A DNA stretch of 63,526 nt, the filler included, from Kipferlia bialata (taxonomy: Eukaryota): the NCBI GenBank assembly GCA_003568945.1. It is 3 parts of 3 records of this genome, joined end to end, with 100 filler letters (N's around TTAATTAATTAA, not from the genome) between each part and the next. Parts side by side here need not be neighbours in the genome. Positions count along the whole stretch, not along the records: positions 28,126 to 56,053 come from BDIP01000160.1; positions 56,154 to 63,526 come from BDIP01000203.1; 1 more part is not named here. One strand, 5' to 3'. The position numbers were made by a program, and so were the translations under genes. Of the stretch, positions 53,550-63,526 are shown piece after piece. Under the pieces are notes generated by a model that was given only the letters and a program-made list of their open reading frames with translations, was not told where the DNA came from and searched no databases. Each line of letters opens with the position of its first letter. Positions within the stretch are counted from its first letter, which is position 1.

Positions 53550-53775
53550 TGTGATATTTCTGACCGCTATTGACAGCTGGTTAACTACTGACGACCACTA
53601 TTGACAGCTGGTGACAAAAGAGGTGACGTGTGTAGGAACCTAGGAACCAATGTATATTGAACTTATGTGCCAATTTCAGCTTAAAAAGCATACCCCAGAT
53701 TTCATTGAGGACAACGACCCAGTAGCAATGAATATGACTAATATGTGAAATATAGATGCAAATAGATACCTTCAC

Positions 53776-55960
53776 CTGTAGAACAGGTACTTCGAGGTCA
53801 GGACGACGGCCCCCCTTGACCCCCCTTGACCACCGTCCTGAGTTAATGGGTCTCTCCCTCCCACCCTACCCAGTGCAGTGGCAGAGAGAAGGCAGCATAC
53901 AGCCAGAGTGTGGCAGAGTTACTCTACAGCTGTGGAGGTAAAAACAACAAAAGGGGCCAAGGTGACAAACACGAAAAGGGGTTTAGGTCGAGCAATGTAA
54001 TCCTACGCTAATGAGTCTAATCCCCGTTCACTGAATCCTTGAACAATGCCAGCATTGCCCACATCTCCCACACCCAACATTCAATGAAAAGAGGTCTCAT
54101 GTGTGGTGCCCGCACACACACTGCTGGTCTAGTGACCAAAGTACATGTATGGGCACCACACATGGGACAGGGTATATATATATATACATCAATTAACATG
54201 CATACATCAGTATATCACTAGTATTGGAGTGGGTTCTGGTCCCTACCCCCTTCGGGGCACTAGACGGAAGGGGCAGGACTCTGCTGTTGCACAGTCTCAA
54301 TAGAGGAGTAACTTCTTCTACGTTGCCCGACTTGACACCGTCTGCTGTTGCTCAGTATCAGTGACGGTCTAGCCTGACATCATGAGAGGACATCGATATG
54401 CCACAGTCTGCAGTGGCCACTCACCCTGGCTGATGAGATACATGAGTATATACACATACATACATATATACTATATATATGATATATATATGATATTTAT
54501 ACATGTGTCGTACCTCTGGTGGCACTGTCATCGGTGTGTACAGTGTGTACAGGTCAGAACCCCTACCACTTGCATGGATCTGGTGTGAGATAGCTTGGTT
54601 GATAGAGTCACATAACAAATAATGTGCGAGAGAAACACTATTGATGTAAACAGTGAGAGGAGGACGTCGGATGGGGGTTGAGTGTATGTGTGTATATATA
54701 GGTTTGAATGTCCTTACCATGCGCGTGTTGTATGGAAGGCCAACTAGACCCTACCACATACGAGTGTCCAGTTGAAACGTCTCTCCTGTGTGACTGTAAT
54801 CATGCATGTGTAGATATACGTTAATATATACATATATGAACACCAGCACCACTTCACTGCCAACGTTACATATACAAATAGGATCCAAAATCTAAATACC
54901 AACATACACAAACATACATAAGTAAATAGTCATATTCATATAGAAAGACCAATGTACACTACCATACTCACCGTCCACATCACTTTACTCTGCCACTGTG
55001 ATCGAAAAGACGACGTCTGCTTGTGTACAGTGTATATAACCGAACCTTCACCAAGTAGTGTACTTGGACGTCACTATGCCACAGTCTGCTGTGGAATACT
55101 CATCCTAATGACCACAGACCAACGCCCGCTGAGCAGCACACACCCTGTCTGACGCACTGAGCAGTGGTCGGTACAGAACCCTAGACGACTTGTTAGTGCC
55201 CTGCTATCAGACAGTACCGCTAACTTATGTGAGTAGCCAAAACATTAGGCCATGGGGGTGAGGGTGTGTGGGAGCGTAGAATATGAATCGTGTACTGGCC
55301 AGTAGGGTGGATAGTAGGGGCTTAGTAAGTATTTACCACAGTCTAGCACTGTAATGTCTACCCGATAGAAACACACATGGGCATACCTTGGTCATATAGG
55401 TGTGCGTAGATCCTACTACCTATGAGTGTCCAGTGGAACAAGATCTCCGAGAGAGTGGACTGATGTCAGCAAGAATGTGCATATAACATACATATATGCA
55501 TATACATACATATATATATATATATATATGCATATTGGTTACTCTACACCTTTGGTTGCCACTGTGGTCCAGTGCAAGAAGCCTCACCTCTAGTGCCACT
55601 ACACCAACTTAGAGTAAGAAGACGGGGTTGAAGAGCATAAGAGGGAGATTATGCGAGAGAATATGGGTACTATATAAGTATATGTATATATATGCCGACA
55701 CATATATATACATACATATATATGAGTGTCGGAATATGTGGGTAGAGAGATAGAGAGAGAGGCCAGAGCCAGGAGAATCCGTACCTTTGGTGTCTAGTAC
55801 ATGGAGGCACCAGGGTACTGAGGGGCGTCCAATCCAATTGTCCAGTCTACTTACTGCGCCGATGTTCAATTTCAACTGATTCCCTTACCCTTGTCATGAA
55901 CGGTAAACACCAACGCGCCACCTACGAGTGTCCAGTGGAAATGATGGGATGAGGAACCTA
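53776..55960 (-). pseudogene. Decayed, internally repeated kelch-like coding remnants
   Basis: Three related segments encode (Q/P)LDT(R/H)xW-like peptides on - strand (~54750, ~55412, ~55919), one with the Trp codon changed to TAG. Two LWH(I/S)DV segments (~54389, ~55067). No long open frame. Confidence 0.35.
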
Positions 55961-56053
55961 CTGACGTCAGCGGGAAGTGGAGAGAGGGAAGACCGAACAG
56001 AGATGGGAGAGAATTAGAGTCCACTGACAGCAATGAGAGAGTGTCAAATAGTA

Positions 56054-56153
56054 NNNNNNNNNNNNNNNNNNNNNNNNNNNNNNNNNNNNNNNNNNNNTTA
56101 ATTAATTAANNNNNNNNNNNNNNNNNNNNNNNNNNNNNNNNNNNNNNNNNNNN
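56054..56153. other. Artificial contig linker N..TTAATTAATTAA..N
   Basis: Spacer at 56098-56109 between N runs. Confidence 0.95.
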
Positions 56154-56212
<59 letters not shown>

Positions 56213-56217
56213 ACCAG

Positions 56218-57935
56218 GTCTCTTGGGTGGCAGAAACCATCGCCACCACATACACACACTCAACCACTGGAGAGATACCACCGTCCCTGATGTTCTTCCA
56301 CAGTACGTTGTGTTCTATATTCTCTCTCTTTCTGGCCTTCTCTCTCTCTCTCTCTTTATATATATATATATATGTATATATGTATATGTATTCCTTTCTG
56401 GCCCACTCTCACTCTATATACTTCTCTCTCTCAGTATGCCTGTCTCATATATATAGTCTAGCAACTACCAGTATATATGGGTATATCATCGTCTCACTAC
56501 CAGTCCCCACCCAGGAGTGGATACCAGAGGGCACTATATCTCCACGTATTATAGCATCTCTCCATCTATATTTGTTACTGGTAACGCTCTTCTCACCCTC
56601 AGTCCCCACCCAGGAGTGGATACCAGAGGGCACAGGGGTGACATCCATGTATGGGGACTATGGGGAGGACCCATGCTGGTCGGGGAAGGACTCAGGTATA
56701 TATGTATACATACCTACATATATTCTATGATAAATACAGTACATCAGTATTTATGTGGGACATCAATGTATGGAGACTAGGGAGGAGGCGTTGTGATGTA
56801 GGAAAGACTGTGGTATGTGTCTCTAATATATTCATGATTGAGTAGTAGCTGGAGAGGAATCTAACCACTTCTTACAATCCGTATACGTGTACCCCTCACC
56901 CCCCAGATATTCTCAATGACCTACTTGATGCTGTGGGCAATGCATGGGTCATGTCGGTGGGACACGGTGAGTTGAGTATATTGTCACATTGTTACAGTTG
57001 TACTGTAGGATATAGGAAGAGCACTCCCTCTTCCCGATCTCACCCCAAGACCACGTCAATAACTACTGCCTGGAGACCAGTGACACAGTGCAGCCAAGCA
57101 CAGCTGACCGGAACGTGTCGCTCTGCTACGGTATGTGTCCAAGTATCATATGTATTCCAATATATGTACGTATAGACGATATCACTAATCAGTGGTGTTG
57201 ATGAATATGCTGTGTACGTCTCTCTCTCTCTCTCTCTCTCTCTCTGTACCTGACTCTAGGAGGCAAGACGAGTGAGAAGTCCTACAATGATGGTACATCT
57301 GGAGGCAGGATATTCAACCTGTATCTAGGGGAGGACGGCACTCTCTCCTACATAGAGACCTTTATAGCTAGACAGGACGTTAGTGAGTACTACTCCACTG
57401 AGGACTATTGGGTCACTCTCGAGGCTGGGTCGGCTATGATTCTGGGTGCACTGACAGTGGAGGGATCTTACTATAGGTATGAATCCAATGAGTCTTTGTT
57501 TACATATATATGTGTAAATATGCTATATGGTCACTGTTGAGGCTGGGGCGGCTATGATTCTGGGGGCACTCTCAGAAGAGGGTGCATACTACAGGTATTT
57601 CTGTTTGATGTATTTTACATAGTATATATATATACATGTATGTGTGTGTGTGAGAGAGCTATTGAGGCACAGAAGGGGTACAACAGTTAATTTCATAGGT
57701 AGGGTTGTTTTGATATATTGTTACATATTCCATTAACCCCAGGTTCTTACGTGGCACCAGGGAGTGGCTAGTAGTGGTCATACTAGTGGCCATTGTTTGT
57801 GCATGTGCACTGCGTGGTGCATACTGCAAGAGGAAGGCAGTTGTAGATGAGGATGTGTCTACACCTACAGTGACATCACCAGGCAACACTAGCTTTGACG
57901 GTATTGCTGTCAGTACCGCAGCAGAGACTGTGTAA
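56218..57935 (+). CDS. Calcineurin-like metallophosphoesterase (Dcr2/PAP16-like), 3' part, with C-terminal transmembrane helix
   Basis: LMFFH|IPTQE; MSVGH|DHVNNYC; LCY|GGKTSEKSY...GGRIFNL. Tail WLVVVILVAIVCACAL followed by RGAYCKRK; TAA 57933-57935. Confidence 0.85.
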
Positions 57936-58287
57936 TCTAATGAGTGCTAACTACGCACTATCTTTACTATAGCCCATGCATTTTCTAGACACCCAATCGT
58001 TTCTAATAGAGTTGTATTTCAGACCATGCCTTGGTCTGTTGAACGGAGTATAGCAGTCGCTATTACGCGATATTGACTATTGCACCATATCTGACACATA
58101 GTGGTGGTACTGGAAAGTGATGAGAGTGAACATATATCAGTCTTCTATTGCTACACAAGTATCCTCCTCTGTCTAAAGTGCCCTCTTGTACTGGATAGTG
58201 ATGAGCTTCATGACTGTCTCCTCAAAGTTGGCCAGGACACACACCTAAAAGTCAAACAATTGATGGCAAAATATTACAACAGAAGAA

Positions 58288-61200
58288 TTAGTAGGAAATA
58301 GAAAGGAACGCCAAAACACTGACCTCTGAGTCGGTCTCAGAGAGCACACACACAATCTTAGGCATCTCAAACCCAAGGTCCTTGCTATCCTCGTCCTCAG
58401 GGTCAGTCAGTTTATAGAAAATAGAAAGACTATATAGGGTATCTAATAGTGAATTGCATTACTTTTTTCATTCTAAAGTGTGGAAGAATTACTCATTATA
58501 TTATCAAGTGTTTCACAGTTTTGAAAGCATACCTCAGGGTCAGTCAGCACATTGACCATGGTCCCAGTCACCAGGTCGAATGCCCTCACTGGGAAGTGGG
58601 ATGTCGTGACAAGCATATGTCCAAGCCTGAGGAAGCCTGGACTCACAAGGTCGTTGTCACCACCTGGGGCTATATCTCTTCGCCAGTTGGTGAGGGTATC
58701 CCAGCAACCAGAGGCAGAGAGGGAGAGGTGACCCGGTATGTTATCTTGTGTACGACCGGACGGGAGAATATGGAGCTTCCCTTGAGAGACGAAAGCATCT
58801 CCCGAGAGAATGGGCCGCAGGGACTCTGGACAAGGAGGAAGCTCCAGCCAGTCTCCGCTGACACTGATCTCTCCAGTGCTCTCATCGATACTGACATGAG
58901 GCTCCAGAGCCATCACGACATCCTCCCTCACTAGAATCAGGCGACCACCTAGTTCGACAATGTGATGACTATCTTGGTTGTCAAAACTGAGTTGACAGTC
59001 TGGGATCTCTCCGAAGGTCTCGGAACCAGTGTCTATCCACCACACTCGAACTCTCTCCCACTTCTCTTCCTCTCGGTCGTCTGCAGCGTGACGGGAGTAT
59101 CTGTAAGGGGGTTGTTCACGCCGTACACAGTACACAATACCTCCAATAGGTAGTATCGTCACTGAATGACTGTTCTCTCTGTCTGGCTTTAGGGACGGTC
59201 CAGAGGTAGGACTCCAGTCGGGAAGTGACTCGCCACTAGTCAGTGATGAGAGGTTGAGTGTCCGAGTTGACCAATCGCCCTGAGAGCTGTGGTATTTCAG
59301 ACAGACGACAGACTCGCCCTGCCCATACCTAGGAATTAGACCGAAGAAAATAAAGCGAAATCGCGTATGGCAAGGTATCATTGTAAATATAAAAATAGTA
59401 TGTATGATGAGCATAATGTAATGTGAATACTATGTATAGAGACATCAAATGATTAGTTTCCAAAACAGCGGCAGTTCAATACCTGTGAGTCACACAAGAG
59501 TGGTCCAGGATGTTGTAACTCACAAACTTCGCTTCTCTCTCGGAGTCTGGAATTGGCGTCAGAGTGAGACAGCACTGCCTCTCCAAGTCTTCAGCGACTA
59601 ATGGATACTGGCAGGGAAGAATGCCAGTCTTCTGTATCTGTAGGTCGATGGGTATCCCTGATAGAGGAGTCACGGGGACAGCTAGGGCAGCATCACGTAT
59701 CACACTGGGGTAAGACAAGGCGCTATACAATATGAAATAAGAAGAGAAGACTATGAAACAAATAGTATGTACCTCACAATGGTGCCAGTGAGAGTCTCAG
59801 GCAGCAGAACATGGGAAGAGGGGGTGGCGTGTAGGAAAGAGATCAGACTCTGACAGCCTTCACTCTCAGCCATGTCTCTAAGGTCTAGAACTGGGGTGTT
59901 TGTCATAGTGGATAGCTGAGGACACATCTCAATCCATACTGGGAGGTGGGCAGGGGCAGTGAGGGAGAGCTTAGCGAGTGCCTCGACAAGAGGCATAGCC
60001 TCATTGCCATCAGTGGCACCTAGGCACCCATGGGGAAGAGAGGTAAGCATCTCCATGGCGGCAGCTGAAGGCATTCTCATACACACTCTGTGGTAGAGCG
60101 GGTAGGTGTCAAGCCGGACACGGACAATAGCCTGGGAGGTTAGTATACATGCACATCATGACTACATTGGATGCAATATGAAACATCATTACCTCAGCAA
60201 CCTCCATGTACCAGGGGTGTGTCTGTCTAGCACATCCTACTGCTCCCTCTAACAGATGGGCCAAAGCTGACCCATGAAATCCATCAGCAACCATGGCAAG
60301 ACCCACCAGTCCAGAGGTTTTCCCAGAGCCCTTGGGGTAGAGAGGCGACACTCCAGACACTGAGAGGTTGAGGCCACCCTCGTCGAGCTCTATAGCAGAC
60401 GCCTCTAGAGTCTGGAGTAAGGATTAAGTAAATTAGACAATACAATTAGCAACAGTACACGTGCGACACATTACTACTCATGAATGCTGTTCGTGACAAA
60501 TGGGAATGAGTGACATACCACAGCAAGCCACATCTTAAGGTTCATGGTGACTAGGGAGGCCATGTCGGGATACTTCTCCCCTATGAGACACATCACCCGA
60601 CTGATATGAGTAACGTATATAATTATACTACAGTTTCTGGTAAGCAAAGAAGTAGACGAAATGGCAGTGAAGTACATACCTAGCAACTGGGGTCTCTCCC
60701 AACAGTCCTGCAGCCATCGTAGTTTCTCTAGACAGCAGTGGCCTCAGATACACAGCAAGAGAGGGGTATGTGTCATAGACGGTGGCTAGTGCATCTAGTG
60801 GACAGTCATACAATGACCTATCCCCCTCATCAACTGGATACAGAGTCGAGAGGGGTGTCACCTCAGGCAGACGACTCATTGCCTGGTTGTTAAGAATACT
60901 GGGACACACTCTATGTCACCGAAATCCCAATACTCATGTACATATACACGAAGAGAATACTATGCAAACAACTGTACCTTGATGAGGTCCGGCATAGGAC
61001 ATCCCCAGTTGATTTGGGTTTCTAGCTTGTTCCAAACCACATCCAACAGTGCTTCAGTCACATCTGGGGACTTGAGGGCTATCAGAGCATGTGCCAACAG
61101 AACCAGACAGACATTGTCAAATGAGTGCTCATCAGCCTTGAGACTCATGACCAAGTCCATGACCATGTCACTCACTGAGCAGTGGAGGGTTGTACATAGA

Positions 61201-63281
61201 TCGAGGAGAGAACGAGAATCAGAGGCAACCTCGAGGACTTGTGACCCTGAAGGTTAATGACAATACAAAGTGTTGACACCAGAAGACATAGCAATACCTG
61301 TGAGAGACTGAGTGCTGGGTATGCTTCCATACGCATACAGAGAAGTGCAAGGCCCGATTGGCACACAGGGGTAAGGTCGGTTCTCTTCATAGATGTCTTG
61401 GAGGTCGTATCGGACACACTCATTGGAAGCCATGTCATACTCCAGAGTACCGGCTGGGGATCTCATATAGACACGGTTGCCTTGGGTGAGAAGCACGCAA
61501 ACTCTTCACTCCATCATTAGTAAGTGTATATACTCAATGTTAATATCAACATGCATTCGTATGATTAACAATAGAAACATACCTACTCGGAATGGACACT
61601 GCATGACAGTGGTGATCGGCAGGGGAGGGTGCTCCTTCCACACGCCCTGTGGAGAAAGGGATACATGCGTAGTGTACCTGGGTGGCATATACTCGTCATC
61701 TCTGTCGTGCACTCCACCGAAGATATGCATGTGGCCATCTATCAGAATACTGGCAGAGTTGTTCACCTATTGTCAAGGAATCAGAAGTAAATTCATCATG
61801 AAGCCGAGTATCCTATCAACGCGTGTGTGATTCTAGCACTTTCATACCTAGCCTCTCCCAGAGGTCACACTGTATATATACACGCATATATATACCTATA
61901 CACACACCTATGTACCAATACATCATATGAATAGTACTCCGTACCTCTCCGGGTACATCCATGCCTCTTCCACAGGTGACATAAGATATATATATATATA
62001 TATATATCCTATATATATTATACATATACTATATACTATTCGAATAGCACTCCGTACCTCTCCAGGTACATCCATGCCCCTCTCCCAGAGGTGAGTGACA
62101 GGATCATATACTCTACAGAGCTCTCTCGTGTAGGTGTAATGATCCTCATTCAGCTCAAACGATGAGCCACCCACCACCCACACCCTTCCCTGATGGGCAA
62201 ACACAGCGAAACCCCTCCTGGAGGTGAATATAATACTAATTTGTAATATACATATATATATATATATATCATATGTACTGTATTTACCCCTGGTGGGCAA
62301 ACACAGCAAAACCCCTCCTGGAGGTGAGTATACAAAGTAGAAACAAAATGTATATGTATATATATATATAAATATATATATCATCATCTTGTGTACCTCT
62401 CGTCGTTTCCAAGGTAGGGCCTATCCGCCTCCTCTTCGTAGGTAACTGTATCGGGCTCATACACTGTCCACTGAGGTAAGGATGGGATGTCCACAGGTCA
62501 CAGTATTGGAAACCATACGAATAGAGAGAACATATATAACAACTTTATACACCTACATAAATGGAAGGTATATATTTGTGTTAACTACTGGACAGTCCCT
62601 ACCTACAGTGTAGCCAGGTGTAAGTCCAGTTCATAAATACGTGTATGAATATACCCACATATGTATATACAAATGTAGTGGATAGATAAATATAGATAAA
62701 TAGAGTATAAATCATATTAACATGAGTAAGGCAGCAAGTCCATTCCTGCAGTCTCTCCAGGTGTAGCTCCAGTACCCCTACCCCCGTAGTCTCAGAGTTA
62801 TAGAACACGTAGTGCACGCAGTCTCCAATTCTCACACCCTGTGGGTGAGACATGAAGAAACTATAACACTAACATCCATAAATACAAGACTATTCAGTGT
62901 GTCTACAACTATATATTTACAGCATTCAACGAGGCATTGTATACAGATATCAAGAAATATGGGAGATACAATGGATATGGTTATGACTACCCACCTGCTC
63001 CAGGACTCTGCCTTCCAACATGTCATTGACACCTGGAGCAGGGACTCTCTCCCACGTCCACTCCTGGATATTAGGATGATACACTGTACCTAAACGCGCA
63101 TGAGTGGAATATGGTACAAATAACAATGCACATACATATGCATATTGTGTCCATTCATTGTTATAAACATACTTACATATACTCATACATATATACATAC
63201 ACGCATACTTATACATTAGAAGATGCAGGTACCTTGGATAGACTGCATTCAGCTGTCCCTATGAACCACTCTGGAATTAAC
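58288..63281 (-). CDS. Large kelch/beta-propeller protein with central helical region (5' end at or beyond window end)
   Basis: Kelch repeats RGFAVFAHQGRVWVVGG...VYDPVTHLWE and SASILIDGHMHIFGG...WKEHPPLP. Long exon 58534-59329 with propeller-like W-x-D/GG motifs. GT-AG exons in series. Confidence 0.7.
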
Positions 63282-63526
63282 CTGGGATGAGACACATTGT
63301 CACATATCATATATCACTGTGTACAGATGGAACATACACCATGTGGCCTCTCTACAATAATCCATACATTCACACATCAGTATCGACGAAGTTTAAAAGT
63401 TGGAGGGGTGTACGGGAAACAAACTGATATAGTGAGAATATTAAATAATACACTGCGTATTATGTACATAAGTACATCATGTGTCAGAATATAAAGAGTG
63501 AATATACAGAGGAGGCGCGGGGGGGG

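Noticed and set aside
1..63526. tRNA, rRNA, snRNA genes and autonomous transposons
   Set aside because: No recognisable RNA gene or transposase/reverse transcriptase motif seen by eye; a covariance-model search would be needed to exclude small RNAs.

Overview
Very intron-rich eukaryotic (protist) genomic DNA. Exons are short; introns are mostly GT-AG, full of (TA)n/(GA)n/(CA)n microsatellites, and end in ...ctcacccc[c/t]ag. The style strongly resembles the free-living fornicate Kipferlia bialata (inference, not verified). The window appears to join three contigs through N-TTAATTAATTAA-N linkers (28026-28125, 56054-56153) and has one internal N gap (1960-2110). Splicing exons by eye gives about 14 genes: TFIIS, an HSPA12-like Hsp70, a SAXO5/TEX45-like Mn-motif flagellar protein, EXO1, an Aha1 N-domain fragment, a TPR-like plus many-IQ-motif protein, a DPP4-family peptidase, a predicted myristoylated Ala/Glu/Pro-rich protein, a Dcr2-like metallophosphoesterase, a kelch protein, several hypotheticals, and a decayed kelch-like region. 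The most striking signal is in the introns. Most genes carry 20-70 nt 'echoes' of the adjacent exon edge, including its splice site. Some are stacked 2-4 deep or nested with the most diverged copy innermost. Many differ from the live exon mostly or only at synonymous codon positions while the flanking intron DNA is unalignable, which simple neutral decay of tandem duplications does not predict. An assembly artefact cannot be excluded without long reads. Gene boundaries next to long poly-C/poly-G tracts are unreliable.
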